From Clostridia bacterium (GTDB lineage Bacteria; Bacillota; Clostridia; DUPQ01), in NCBI GenBank assembly GCA_016935835.1, contig JAFGQE010000150.1, positions 1 to 53,298 on the forward strand: a stretch of DNA of 53,298 nt. Direction: 5' to 3'. Numbering within the stretch: the stretch's first letter is position 1; every line of letters begins with the position of its first letter. The translations under genes and the position numbers were made by a program. This document shows positions 10,308 through 20,694 of the stretch, piece after piece. A model generated the notes under the pieces. It was given only the letters and a program-made list of their open reading frames with translations. It was not told where the DNA came from and did not search any database.

Positions 10308-12725
10308 GTGACTTATGGGATTGAAGGTCGGCAAGGCGGCGCAATTGAAGCAGATTGCATGGAATTCAAGGCGGACGCATCGGGGTGGAGCTTTGTAAAC
10401 AGTGATACCGGCATTGGGATCACAAATGCCCTGCCCGGTCTTTTTATAAATGAAAACTTTTACCCGGCGGAGTTTCCGTATGATTTTTCGGGCGATTTTC
10501 ATAAACAGGTTTCCAAAGACTCCACATTTTTCAAGGGGATAGTGGAAAATGACAACTTTCAAGCCCGGTTTGATTTCAGCCGTATACGCGGCGGCCGTCT
10601 GTCGCTGAATGCATCCGTGGCCAACAATTCCGATGAATCGCTTGTTCTTGGGAAGGTCGAGTTCACAGCCGGAAACGGCTACGGAGGGAAAATTACATCT
10701 TCTTCGGATACGAAACAAATCAAGGTTCTGAATACAACCGGAACCTGTTGCAATGCGGCTTATCCGGTCATGCCGTGCGATATGGCCGGAAACAGCTGCG
10801 TAAGCAGGGTTTTTTCACTTGCCTATGACCAGGGCCTTGGTTTTGGCATAATGACAGGCTTCATGACGTTCGACCGCCTTAATTGTGAAATACATACAAG
10901 TGCCGGGGAAAGCGGACCGGTGGTTTCCGTTTTCTGCGACTTCAACGGATACCGGCTCCCGCCCGGGGAAACCATTGTGAGTGAAACCGTTGTTTTCGAT
11001 GTAAACTACGGCTATGACAGGCTTTTGAATGCCTGGGCGGATTTGACGGCGGACCATTATAAACCCAAGTTTTCCGATAAACCCGCCATCGGTTGGGTAG
11101 GGGGCTGGAATTACCGGAATGCATTTATAGGAGAGGATTCATTCGAAAAGATAGTGAAGGACAATGTCGATGCCATTGAAAGTGAATTCAGGGGCTATGG
11201 CATAAGATATATCTGGGTAAGCATAGGGAACCTCGTCAATGACCTGCCGGGCAATTGGTTTTCAGAGAACAGGAAAAGATTCCCGTCAGGATTGAAATCC
11301 CTAGCCGATGACATTGCATCGCATGGGATGGCGCTTGGGTTTTGGATAGCACCGTTTTGGGTGCCGGACAAATACACGGACATGCATGAAAGATTCGGCG
11401 ACTGCCTTTTGAAATACAGGGGGGAACCGGTTCATTTCAAAAATGCGTGGCGTATCGGGGAAACCGGAAACAGCGGACCTGAAGGAAGGGCAGGATTTTA
11501 CAGTCTTGACGCCAGCCATCCGAAGGCGCAGGAATTCCTGAAGGAAGTCTTCAGGCATTACTCGGAAATGGGAATAAGGTACTTCATGCTTGATTTTTTA
11601 AATGCGGGTGAAGGACCGATGTCCTCCTCATTCATGTATGACGGGTATCATGACCAGTCAATGGTCAACGGCCCCCAGGTTTACCGGAAGGCGATGCGGA
11701 TTATCAGGGAGACCTCCGGTCCCGGGACATATACAGTGGCTTCCACAGGCCCGACCCTGATAAACATAGGGCTTGTCGATGCTGTCCGCACCGGGCCGGA
11801 CTTCGGGGAGGGACGCGAGCCCCTGCCCAAATATCCGTCCTTCTATCCCGCCGCCTGCAAGACCGATGCATGGGGGATGTTCCGCAAGGCGATCAACTAT
11901 TATGCCTCAAGCTATCACATGGACAAGAAACTGTTCCATATCGACTCATTCAATGTCCTCAACATAGACCCGCCGGCATCCGTCAGCGAGATGCAGACCG
12001 TAGTCAGCCTGTTTGCAATGGCCGCGGGGCCTGTGATGCTGGGCGGCGACATCGTTGCGTTGGGGAAATACAGGATTGATGCAATCAAGAAATGCCTTCC
12101 CCAGGCTCAGAAGGGGGCGAAGCCGCTCGATTTGTTCGAACCTGCTTCACCCGAAGGACCGAGCCTGTTTTTGCAAAGGCACTTGGCCGGATGGGATGAA
12201 TGGAGCGTTCTGTATGCCGTGAACACAGGTGCAAAAACAATGTCCGCGCACGTTGATTTTCACAGCCTGGGCGTGGATCCGGACGGGGAATCGGGGGCAT
12301 ACGATTTCTGGGACGAAAAATACCTGGGGACCATGAAAGGCGGAATCGACATATGCGTCCAGCCTTACGGCATCAGGGTGATCAGGCTCTTTCGGCATCG
12401 GAAGCATCCCTTCATCATATCCACCGATATGCATGTGTCGCAGGGGGCGGTGGAACTTCGGGATGTCAAATGGGATGAGGAAGAATATGTTTTGAGAGGA
12501 ACGGCTGTCAGGAACGCGGGATTTGAAGGGGCGGTCGTCGTATCCCTGCCGAAGGGATGGCTCCCTGCGGAGTACAGGGGCATCAACGTCGCCAGGAGCG
12601 AGCTTCATGATGAATCATACATATGGAAGAAGATTGTTTTCGAAACCGATGAACAGGAGTTTGCAATCGGTTTCAGGCCGGAAGACCAAAGGGATGACAA
12701 GGAGCTGGAAGCCGGCCGGATGTAA
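10308..12725 (+). CDS. Alpha-galactosidase-like glycoside hydrolase (GH36/clan D), no signal peptide
   Basis: RFPSGLKSLADDIASHGMALGFWIAPF, LDASHP, YFMLDFL (nucleophile region) and AVRTGPD (acid/base region) resemble GH36; GTG start with GGAGG RBS. Confidence 0.7.
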   Translation: MTYGIEGRQGGAIEADCMEFKADASGWSFVNSDTGIGITNALPGLFINENFYPAEFPYDFSGDFHKQVSKDSTFFKGIVENDNFQARFDFSRIRGGRLSLNASVANNSDESLVLGKVEFTAGNGYGGKITSSSDTKQIKVLNTTGTCCNAAYPVMPCDMAGNSCVSRVFSLAYDQGLGFGIMTGFMTFDRLNCEIHTSAGESGPVVSVFCDFNGYRLPPGETIVSETVVFDVNYGYDRLLNAWADLTADHYKPKFSDKPAIGWVGGWNYRNAFIGEDSFEKIVKDNVDAIESEFRGYGIRYIWVSIGNLVNDLPGNWFSENRKRFPSGLKSLADDIASHGMALGFWIAPFWVPDKYTDMHERFGDCLLKYRGEPVHFKNAWRIGETGNSGPEGRAGFYSLDASHPKAQEFLKEVFRHYSEMGIRYFMLDFLNAGEGPMSSSFMYDGYHDQSMVNGPQVYRKAMRIIRETSGPGTYTVASTGPTLINIGLVDAVRTGPDFGEGREPLPKYPSFYPAACKTDAWGMFRKAINYYASSYHMDKKLFHIDSFNVLNIDPPASVSEMQTVVSLFAMAAGPVMLGGDIVALGKYRIDAIKKCLPQAQKGAKPLDLFEPASPEGPSLFLQRHLAGWDEWSVLYAVNTGAKTMSAHVDFHSLGVDPDGESGAYDFWDEKYLGTMKGGIDICVQPYGIRVIRLFRHRKHPFIISTDMHVSQGAVELRDVKWDEEEYVLRGTAVRNAGFEGAVVVSLPKGWLPAEYRGINVARSELHDESYIWKKIVFETDEQEFAIGFRPEDQRDDKELEAGRM

Positions 12726-12786
12726 CTGATGATTCAAATCCCCGCAAGGACGCGGAGTGCGGGCGCATCAATGATATATCGAAATG

Positions 12787-12828
12787 AAAAAACCATGCGG
12801 GCATCTGAAATGTCCCCATGGTTTTTTT
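12787..12828. terminator. Bidirectional terminator between convergent genes
   Basis: AAAAAACCATGCGGGCAT-CTGAA-ATGTCCCCATGGTTTTTTT; A run on the left, T run on the right. Confidence 0.75.
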
Positions 12829-12869
12829 AATGGCAGCCGGTTCAAGGTCCGGCCGCCTGTATATCCAGG

Positions 12870-13973
12870 CTATTCAAGGATCATGCTTTCCCGCAGATGT
12901 TCCAGAACCTTTTCCTGGAGAGTGACCATCTTGAGATGAGGCAAGCCGTATACGGCCTTGAAATCCTCAAAACTTCCCGATGACGAGTATCCTTCGAAAT
13001 ATGCAGCGACTTCCTCGTCGGTCACCATTATTCCGGCATCCTCGGCGATTGCCTGCAGAATCAGATAAAGGCCGGCGGTATTGGTATTGTCGGCCATCGT
13101 AGACTCGATAAGCCCGTCGATGCCCGGCACGTTCATATAGCTTGTCAGAAACTCGTCCAGACCGACATTGTAGTAATTGGCGTAGTTTCTGTAAAACTGC
13201 AGCATTGTGAATTCCTGGTACTCGAGCAGTATGGGCGGCAGTTCGTCTATAACCGTATTGTCAAGCAAATACTCCTGCAGATAATATTCAATCGCGGTAT
13301 CCCGGAGTGATGACCTGAGTCCTTCCTCCATTTCGGAAACAGTATTCCAGCCATACTGTTCAAGGAGAAATTCAAAAACGAACGCATCCGTCAATTCAGG
13401 AAGTTCCCTGCCGATTATGTAATTGACCGTTATCGCAAAGACGGCGTCCTTCCCGTTGAGCTCCTCATTGCCGTAATCGACCGGGAAAGTAACCTCTATG
13501 TCAAAGGACTCCCCGGGCATGTGCCCTATAAGCTGCTCAAGAAAGTCATCGATATAGCTTGTAACGCCGATTGTGACATCGGTTCCGAGGCCTCCTGTGT
13601 TCCCTCCCTCGAATTCCTTGCCGTCTATGCTGCCGATATAGTCGATGTTGACCGTGTCGCCATCCTGTACGGCCCTGTCCTTGATCCTGATATCCTCGGA
13701 ATAATCAGCCAGGACTTTGTCTATTTCAGCCTGGACATCCTCATCGGGTATCACATGGGTTTCGGCCGGTATGGCGATGTCCTCGTACTCGCACAGGTCA
13801 AGGAGCCGGAGCGCCTTAATGTCCTTCCATATGCCGTTGTCGTCGATTCCATAGCTGTAGGAGAAATCCTCGTCGGTGCTTTCAAGAACCTTTTTCCCGG
13901 AACAGCCGCCCAGCAACATGGTGGAGGCGAGAATAACCATGGTCATTATAGATATGAATTTTAATTTTCTCAT
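12870..13973 (-). CDS. Trigger-factor-like lipoprotein (FKBP PPIase plus TF C-terminal domain, no ribosome-binding domain)
   Basis: Signal peptide with lipobox LGGC; GDTVNIDYIGSIDGKEFEGG, FLEQLIG, VTFPVDYGNEELNGKDAVF are trigger-factor FKBP motifs; no GFRxGxxP motif. Confidence 0.82.
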   Translation of the reverse strand: MRKLKFISIMTMVILASTMLLGGCSGKKVLESTDEDFSYSYGIDDNGIWKDIKALRLLDLCEYEDIAIPAETHVIPDEDVQAEIDKVLADYSEDIRIKDRAVQDGDTVNIDYIGSIDGKEFEGGNTGGLGTDVTIGVTSYIDDFLEQLIGHMPGESFDIEVTFPVDYGNEELNGKDAVFAITVNYIIGRELPELTDAFVFEFLLEQYGWNTVSEMEEGLRSSLRDTAIEYYLQEYLLDNTVIDELPPILLEYQEFTMLQFYRNYANYYNVGLDEFLTSYMNVPGIDGLIESTMADNTNTAGLYLILQAIAEDAGIMVTDEEVAAYFEGYSSSGSFEDFKAVYGLPHLKMVTLQEKVLEHLRESMILE

Positions 13974-14284
13974 TTTTTGGAACCCCGTTAATTTATTATT
14001 ATTTTCAGGCAGGTAAACCAATGAACATCAATGCCGGCAATAACTTTTTCCATTATACCCTGTATTTGAGGGGAAAATATGAAGATAATGTAAATTCTTG
14101 AAAAACAGTCCCTGGAACAAACGGCGGGCCGGAGCCCGGATTATAAAACATTGGCCCTGCCGGGGATTTCCATAACCCGTGTTATAATGATATTGTCAAA
14201 AAAACCAGAGGGGCGGGACCTGCAAGGCAAGAGGCCGGCGGCTTCCCGGGCCCTTTCGCAACTAAAAAACTTCGGAGGTGTTTC

Positions 14285-15124
14285 ATGGTCGATAAGAAAA
14301 ATTACAAAAAGGTCGGGATGGACGGGCGGGAGGTATGGAAGATAAAGAACAAGCATTATGAAGAGGAGCTTGCAAAACTTCAGTATGAGCTTGTCAAGCT
14401 TCAGGAATGGGTGAAAAAAGAAGGACTGAAAGTTGTTGTGATTTTCGAGGGAAGGGATGCCGCCGGAAAAGGGGGCGTAATCAAGAGAATAACAGCCCAT
14501 CTGAATCCCAGGATATGCAGGATAGAAGCGCTTCCGGTTCCTACTGACAAAGAAAAAACACAGTGGTATTTCCAAAGGTATGCCGCAAAACTCCCGGCGG
14601 CAGGCGAGATGGTTCTGTTCGACCGGAGCTGGTACAACAGGGCCGGGGTTGAGAAAGTGATGGGGTTCTGCACCAATGATGAATACATCGAATTCCTTCG
14701 CTCATGCCCGGAATTTGAAAGGATGCTCGTGCGCTCGGGGATAATGCTTATCAAATACTATTTTTCCATATCCGATGAAGAACAGGAAAGAAGATTCATG
14801 GACAGGGCGAACGAACCCATGAAAAGATGGAAGCTGAGTCCCATGGACATCAAGTCCAGGGAAAAATGGGTCGAGTATTCCAAGGCCGCGGAAATAATGT
14901 TTGAAAAAACCGACATAGGCGAGGCTCCGTGGTTCTTGGTAAAGGCTGATATCAAGAAGCACGCAAGGCTGAACTGCATCCACCATCTTCTGCGGCAAAT
15001 AAAATATGAGGATGCCATCGGGGAAAGGATCGAGCTTCCTGAAAGACCCGGCGGAACAGACTATGAGACGCCTTCCCATGAGGGGCTGGAAATGGTTCCG
15101 GAGGTGTACGGCGGGAACGGTTGA
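14285..15124 (+). CDS. ppk2: Polyphosphate kinase 2
   Basis: FEGRDAAGKGG, FDRSWYNRAGVE, WKLSPMD, ARLNCI motifs; extended -10 TGTTATAAT at 14180. Confidence 0.95.
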   Translation: MVDKKNYKKVGMDGREVWKIKNKHYEEELAKLQYELVKLQEWVKKEGLKVVVIFEGRDAAGKGGVIKRITAHLNPRICRIEALPVPTDKEKTQWYFQRYAAKLPAAGEMVLFDRSWYNRAGVEKVMGFCTNDEYIEFLRSCPEFERMLVRSGIMLIKYYFSISDEEQERRFMDRANEPMKRWKLSPMDIKSREKWVEYSKAAEIMFEKTDIGEAPWFLVKADIKKHARLNCIHHLLRQIKYEDAIGERIELPERPGGTDYETPSHEGLEMVPEVYGGNG

Positions 15125-15162
15125 AATTTTCCGTTGATCATATTTTTACATTCATTTGTTTA

Positions 15163-15178
15163 TTAAGCTTATTTTAAG
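15163..15178 (+). promoter_or_regulatory. Possible OmpR-family response regulator site
   Basis: TTAAG-N6-TTAAG direct repeat (11-bp period) upstream of an ABC exporter-type operon. Confidence 0.35.
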
Positions 15179-15217
15179 TTTCCCGGAATATCATTATAGA
15201 AAAACAAGAGGGGAGCA

Positions 15218-16804
15218 ATGCATATGTATATTTTGGGAAATGCGCTGAGGAATTTGATTCGCAACAAGGGAAGGAATATCCTTATGGCCGCAATCATATT
15301 TGCGATCATTGCCACGACAGTTGTTGCCTTGATAATAAACAACACCTCGGACGCGGTTATAGCAAGCTATAGCGAAAGATTCGCGTCGGAGGTTTCAATA
15401 ACACCCGATATGCAGAAGCTCAGGGAAGAGGCCCTAGCCGCCGCGGGGTCCGCGGAAGGCCGGCTGCAGATGATTCGTCCTGAGATTTCACCCGAACTGA
15501 TGCTGGAATTCACAAAGTCAGAAGCATTGAGGGAGAGCGTGGCCTATGCTTCCCTGGGGGCGAATTCCGATGAAATCATTGCCATAGATCAGGCTGAAGA
15601 GACGGAAACCCAGGCGGAGACGGGCGGAAGACTGCCCGATATGGCAATATTCGGAAGTACATCCGCAGGCAATTTCAAGGTGCAGGGAGACTACTGGCAG
15701 GATTTCATCGACGGCAACAGGGCTTTGGATGACGATGGGATCAGCGCCATGCCCGCCATGGACGGCGAGTGCCTGGTAAGCGGAGACCTGGCGGAAGCCA
15801 ATGCGATAGCAGTCGGGGATATTCTTGCATTTTCATCCGTATTTACAATACCGATTCCCGGGGACATGGATACTGAAAATTTCGCAGATGGCGTGATCGT
15901 GGAAATAAATGAAACTGAATATACGCTTTCGGTGAGACAGGACGGTATGTTTACGGCATCTAGGAGTGTCGATTATGATCTGAAGGTGACCGGAATCTAC
16001 ATAGACCTGACCGACGAATATTCAAATTCATTTACACAGGGAAATTCATCGCAAAACAGAAGGAATGAGATACTGACTACGCTCGGCACGCTGCTTGACC
16101 TTAGGAAAGCCGATGAAACCGGAATCAATCTCAGCGTCACATATTATCTTAAGAACCCGGATTTCCTGGGCCAGTTCGAGGCGGAGGTCAGGGCAATGGG
16201 GCTTGACGACATATTCCTGGTATCAACGGATTCGGCCTCATATGAAAAAATTGTAAGGCCTGTCGAGGGATTGAAAAGCATATCCATCACATTCATGATA
16301 GTAGTGATAATACTCGGCGCCAGCATCCTGCTTCTATTGTCATCCATTTCTATTCGTGAACGGAAATACGAGATAGGGGTGCTCAGGGCCATGGGAATGA
16401 AGAAATCAAAGGTAGCCCTGGGGTTATGGACCGAGATCCTGGTTATAACAGCAATATGCCTGATTCTTGGAATAGGTGCCGGGGTGGCCGCCGCCCAGCC
16501 CATAACGGACTCGCTGCTGCAGGTCCAGATAGAGGCGGAACAAGATGATGCTTCGGGCCAGGCGGTTTTTCAAGGCGCCGGCAGCGGAGCGGGGCAGGGC
16601 GGAGGAAGGTTCGGGGGAATCATAAGGAATCCCGAAAGCAGCGCGAATGTTCAGCCGCTGTCCGAAATGAAGGTAACCGTGGGACTTGATACGATTTTGG
16701 AAATAGTGCTCATAGCCTTCGGACTGGCCTCCGCAGCGGGACTTTTTTCAATAAGCAAGATAACGAAATATGAGCCGATCAAGATACTTATGGAAAGGAA
16801 TTAG
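15218..16804 (+). CDS. FtsX/MacB-like ABC transporter permease
   Basis: ALRNLIRNKGRNIL N-terminus, large extracellular loop, IRERKYEIGVLRAMG, terminal EPIKIL. Confidence 0.88.
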   Translation: MHMYILGNALRNLIRNKGRNILMAAIIFAIIATTVVALIINNTSDAVIASYSERFASEVSITPDMQKLREEALAAAGSAEGRLQMIRPEISPELMLEFTKSEALRESVAYASLGANSDEIIAIDQAEETETQAETGGRLPDMAIFGSTSAGNFKVQGDYWQDFIDGNRALDDDGISAMPAMDGECLVSGDLAEANAIAVGDILAFSSVFTIPIPGDMDTENFADGVIVEINETEYTLSVRQDGMFTASRSVDYDLKVTGIYIDLTDEYSNSFTQGNSSQNRRNEILTTLGTLLDLRKADETGINLSVTYYLKNPDFLGQFEAEVRAMGLDDIFLVSTDSASYEKIVRPVEGLKSISITFMIVVIILGASILLLLSSISIRERKYEIGVLRAMGMKKSKVALGLWTEILVITAICLILGIGAGVAAAQPITDSLLQVQIEAEQDDASGQAVFQGAGSGAGQGGGRFGGIIRNPESSANVQPLSEMKVTVGLDTILEIVLIAFGLASAAGLFSISKITKYEPIKILMERN

Positions 16805-16813
16805 GTGATTTCA

Positions 16814-17488
16814 ATGAATGTACTGGAAATGAAAGATGTTAGATACAGGTATGAGGGCACAGACAAGGATGTCCTGAAGGGAATCAGCATTGAATTCAAG
16901 GCCGGGAAAGTGTATACGATCGTAGGCAAGTCGGGATCGGGAAAATCCACCATATTGTCTTTGATCGCAGGACTTGACACATGTTCGCAGGGCGAGATAC
17001 TGCATGGTGGGAGCGACCTGAAAAAAATCGACAGGGACTCATACAGGGCGCGCGACATTGGAGTCATATTCCAAAGCTTCAACCTTCTGACAAATGCGAC
17101 GGCGATCGAGAACATAGTGCTTTCCATGAACATAAGTAAAAACCCGGAAAAAGATAAGAAAGCTTTTGCATATGCGCTCCTGGGAAAACTCGGCATCGAC
17201 AGTGAAACCGCGGGACGCAGGATATTGAAGCTTTCCGGCGGGGAACAGCAGCGTGTCGGGATCGCCAGGGCGATAGCTAACAATCCGGACATCATAATAG
17301 CCGACGAGCCTACCGGCAACCTGGACTCCGTGACCGAAAGTGCCATTTTGGATATATTTACGTCGCTTGCCCATGTTGAAGGTAAATGCGTCGTCATAGC
17401 AACCCACTCCAAGGAGGTAACGGCGGTGGCTGATCAAGTCCTGGGCATAAGCGAAGGCGTGATGACGTCCACTGCGGCGACTGCCTGA
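16814..17488 (+). CDS. ABC transporter ATP-binding protein (LolD/MacB type)
   Basis: GKSGSGKST, FQSFNLL, LSGGEQQRVGIARA, ADEPTGNLD. Confidence 0.93.
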   Translation: MNVLEMKDVRYRYEGTDKDVLKGISIEFKAGKVYTIVGKSGSGKSTILSLIAGLDTCSQGEILHGGSDLKKIDRDSYRARDIGVIFQSFNLLTNATAIENIVLSMNISKNPEKDKKAFAYALLGKLGIDSETAGRRILKLSGGEQQRVGIARAIANNPDIIIADEPTGNLDSVTESAILDIFTSLAHVEGKCVVIATHSKEVTAVADQVLGISEGVMTSTAATA

Positions 17489-17544
17489 ATCGTAATCAAA
17501 GGGTTTGCATGCCTGGGCCAAGGGAACATTGATTAATAACATGA

Positions 17545-17583
17545 GGCGGGTTCCTGCCGATGGAAGGCACCCGCCCTTTCTTT
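17545..17583 (+). terminator. Probable terminator after the ABC pair
   Basis: GGCGGGTTCCTGCC-GAT-GGAAGGCACCCGCC imperfect stem followed by CTTTCTTT. Confidence 0.6.
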
Positions 17584-17736
17584 GATGCATTTTGAATCAT
17601 GGGATGGCTTTTTGTTCGTTTTTATTATCCCCGGTTCATTGCAGGATATTATTGATGGTATACTTGAAAGGGAATCAAAAACGGATTGTCCGGTTTTATA
17701 TACGACGGGCCGATTCGTAATCAAAGGGGTGATTTT

Positions 17737-18573
17737 ATGAAAAAAGCCATTAGCATATGGTCGTTTGGCGACAGAACTGTGAAGTCGGGCATTTTGCTTG
17801 CCGTCCGGGCCGGATTCGACGGGATTGAGCTTGCGCTTGATGAAAAAGGCGAGGTCGGCATGGAAAGCACTCCATCCGAACTGGCGGGAATAAGGGATTT
17901 CGCGCGCGACTCCGGACTTGCGGTGCACAGCCTGGCGACCGGGCTCTACTGGACGTATTCACTGACATCGAATGATATGGATCAACGCCAAAAGGCATAT
18001 AAAATAGCCTTGAAGCAACTGGAAGCCGCTTATGCACTGGAAGCTGACAGCGTTCTTATAGTTCCGGGGGCGGTCGGCGTGGATTTCGCCCCGTCCCTGG
18101 GAATCGTTGATTATGACATTGCATACGAGAGGTCGTTGGAAGCCTTGTCCGGTTTGAAGGACAGGGCCGCGGAGCTTGGAATAAGCATCGGAATAGAAAA
18201 CGTATGGAATAAATTCCTGTTGTCGCCGCTTGAGTTCCGGGATTTCATAGATAAGATAGGAAGTCCGTTCGTCGGGGCCTATCTTGACGTCGGGAACATT
18301 GTTTACGACGGATATCCGGAGCAATGGATAAGGATACTTGGCGGGAGGATCAAAAAAGTTCATTTCAAGGACTACAGGAGGGGAGCCGCCGGGATTCCCG
18401 GTTTCGTCGATCTTCTTTCGGGTGATGTGGACTGGCCGAAGGTCATGGAGGCTTTCAGGCAAACGGGTTATGACTCATGGGTCACCGCCGAGATGCTGCC
18501 GCCGTACACACATCATTCCGATCAGATAATATTCAACACCGCGGCTTCGATGTCGAGAATACTGGGAGGGTGA
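17737..18573 (+). CDS. Sugar phosphate isomerase/epimerase family (xylose-isomerase-like TIM barrel)
   Basis: AGFDGIEL, IGIENVWNKFLLSPLE, YLDVGN, VHFKD, LLSGDVDW metal-site motifs. Confidence 0.88.
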   Translation: MKKAISIWSFGDRTVKSGILLAVRAGFDGIELALDEKGEVGMESTPSELAGIRDFARDSGLAVHSLATGLYWTYSLTSNDMDQRQKAYKIALKQLEAAYALEADSVLIVPGAVGVDFAPSLGIVDYDIAYERSLEALSGLKDRAAELGISIGIENVWNKFLLSPLEFRDFIDKIGSPFVGAYLDVGNIVYDGYPEQWIRILGGRIKKVHFKDYRRGAAGIPGFVDLLSGDVDWPKVMEAFRQTGYDSWVTAEMLPPYTHHSDQIIFNTAASMSRILGG

Positions 18574-18577
18574 AAAA

Positions 18578-19591
18578 ATGATTAGAGTCGGATTGATCGG
18601 GGCGGGGTTCATGGGCGTGATGCATGCCTCATGCTATGGGGCATTGAGGGAAAATGATGTCTTTATAACCGCCGTCGCCGATGTAAGGGAGGAAAAGGCC
18701 AGCAAGATAGCCTCTGCGCACGGCGCAACAGTATACGGAACGGGAATAGAACTCATTGAATCGGCGGATGTCGATATCATAGACATATGCCTGCCGACAT
18801 ACCTGCACTCCGGGCATGCAGTAGCCGCGATGGAAAAAGGCAGGGCGGTCTTCATTGAAAAACCGGTATGCCTTGGAATCGGGGAATCGGAACTGATGCT
18901 GCGGACACAGAAAAAAACAGGGACAAGCGTTATGACCGGGCATTGCATCAGGTTCTGGCCTGAATACATGTGGTTGAAGGAAACGCTTGCCTCAGGTATT
19001 TATGGAAGGATTGTTTCAGCCATATTCAGCCGTGTGAGTCCAAAACCTCTTTGGTCATGGGAGAACTGGCTGCACAGGGTTGAGCGCAGCGGTTCGGCCG
19101 CGCTTGATTTGCATATACACGATTCGGATTTCATAAGGTATCTTCTGGGGGAACCGGAAGGGGTTTCATCAACGGCGGTTCGCGATGACACGGGGGCAAT
19201 ACAGCATATAATGACTTCATATGAATATCCGGATATGCTGGTATCCGCGGAAGGAGCCTGGGACTACCCCCCCGCTTTTCCTTTCCGAATGGAATACAGG
19301 GTGAAGTTTGAAAAGGCAACCGTCGTATACTCTTGCGCAAACAATCCGGCCCTGGTGGTTTATGGCGCGGACGGAAGCGTCCTTACGCCGGATGCAGGAT
19401 CCGTGCTGATGGAGAACAAAGCCGCGGGCGGCAATGTTTCCGGCCTGGGCGGATATTACAACGAACTGAAATATTTCACAGACAGGGTGGCTTTTGGAGC
19501 GGCCGTCGAAGAAGCCACGCTGGAAGAGGGAATCAAGTCGCTTGAGCTTGTTTTAAGGGAAATTGAAAGCGCCGGCGGAATGCTTCCGTGA
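18578..19591 (+). CDS. Gfo/Idh/MocA family NAD(P)-dependent oxidoreductase
   Basis: GLIGAGFMG, ICLPTYLH, FIEKP, DLHIHDSD. Confidence 0.92.
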   Translation: MIRVGLIGAGFMGVMHASCYGALRENDVFITAVADVREEKASKIASAHGATVYGTGIELIESADVDIIDICLPTYLHSGHAVAAMEKGRAVFIEKPVCLGIGESELMLRTQKKTGTSVMTGHCIRFWPEYMWLKETLASGIYGRIVSAIFSRVSPKPLWSWENWLHRVERSGSAALDLHIHDSDFIRYLLGEPEGVSSTAVRDDTGAIQHIMTSYEYPDMLVSAEGAWDYPPAFPFRMEYRVKFEKATVVYSCANNPALVVYGADGSVLTPDAGSVLMENKAAGGNVSGLGGYYNELKYFTDRVAFGAAVEEATLEEGIKSLELVLREIESAGGMLP

Positions 19592-19648
19592 TGGAAACCG
19601 GACTAACCGGGCGCATTGTGGTTTTTGGCTTTTATGGAGGCAATTATT

Positions 19649-20653
19649 ATGATCATGTTGTCAAAGAAGGATATCTATAGGTACACAGGCGATGTTTCGC
19701 AGGTTTTTTATGCAAGGCAATATGCTTTTACGGAAGGAAGGGCCGCAGGGGTACGCGCTGTCGATGTGAACAATGGATCCGGACTGCAATTCACCGTTCT
19801 TGCGGACAGGGCGATGGATATCGGGGCGCTATCATACCGCGGAGTCAACTTCAGCTATATTACGGCGGCAGGTATAACCGCTCCGGCTTATTATGACAGC
19901 AGCAGCCTGGGGTGGCTGAAGACTTTCGGCGGCGGCTTCCTTGCGACATGCGGTCTGTCGCAGGCTGGATCGCCATGTGAATGCGACGGGGAAGAGCTGG
20001 GGCTGCACGGCGATATATCTGCTGCGCCGGCCGAGGAGCTGTGCGTGGATACAAGGATGGACGGGGATGTTCCCGAAACAGTCATCACAGGCAAGATGAG
20101 GACCGGCAGGCTTTTCGGAGGGAACCTTTGGCTTCGAAGGTCGATTACGGTCCGATACGGGGAAAACAGGATATTTCTAAAAGATGTCATAGAGAACAGG
20201 GGAGGAACTGCAAGCCCTTGCATGATTCTCTACCACTTCAACCTGGGCTATCCGCTTCTGGATGAAAGCATACGCTTCGATACGGAAGCTGAGTACCTGA
20301 GACCCAGGGATTCAGATGCTGAAAAGGGGGAGCCGGATCGCCTTGGTTTTTCCGAGCCGAAGGCAGGTTTCCGGGAGCAGGTTTTCTATTACAGGAACAG
20401 GGATTTCGCAAACGGCCTGTGTAATGCCGGGGTATTCAATGAGAAGCTTGGCACCGGGGTCAGGATATGGACGGATCCGAAGCAGCTGCCTGACCTTATC
20501 CAGTGGAAAAACGCAGGTTACGGGGATTATGTCATGGGCATAGAGCCGGCAAACTGCTACCCGGAGGGAAGGATGAGGCAAAAGGAGTACGGTCTTGAAT
20601 ATCTGGGGCCTTCGCAAGTAAAAACAGTTGACATTCAAATTGAAATACTGTGA
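19649..20653 (+). CDS. Aldose 1-epimerase-like protein (DUF4432 type)
   Basis: FTVLADRAMDI, FGGGFLATCGL, GLHG, LYHFNLGYP, YVMGIEP. Confidence 0.8.
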   Translation: MIMLSKKDIYRYTGDVSQVFYARQYAFTEGRAAGVRAVDVNNGSGLQFTVLADRAMDIGALSYRGVNFSYITAAGITAPAYYDSSSLGWLKTFGGGFLATCGLSQAGSPCECDGEELGLHGDISAAPAEELCVDTRMDGDVPETVITGKMRTGRLFGGNLWLRRSITVRYGENRIFLKDVIENRGGTASPCMILYHFNLGYPLLDESIRFDTEAEYLRPRDSDAEKGEPDRLGFSEPKAGFREQVFYYRNRDFANGLCNAGVFNEKLGTGVRIWTDPKQLPDLIQWKNAGYGDYVMGIEPANCYPEGRMRQKEYGLEYLGPSQVKTVDIQIEIL

Positions 20654-20694
20654 TAGAATTATATCCGGCATAATTAATTTACGGGAGTGAATAA

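Noticed and set aside
14200-14260. GC-rich possible hairpin in the ppk2 leader
   Set aside because: Pairing is imperfect and matches no riboswitch I recognise; it does not cover the RBS.
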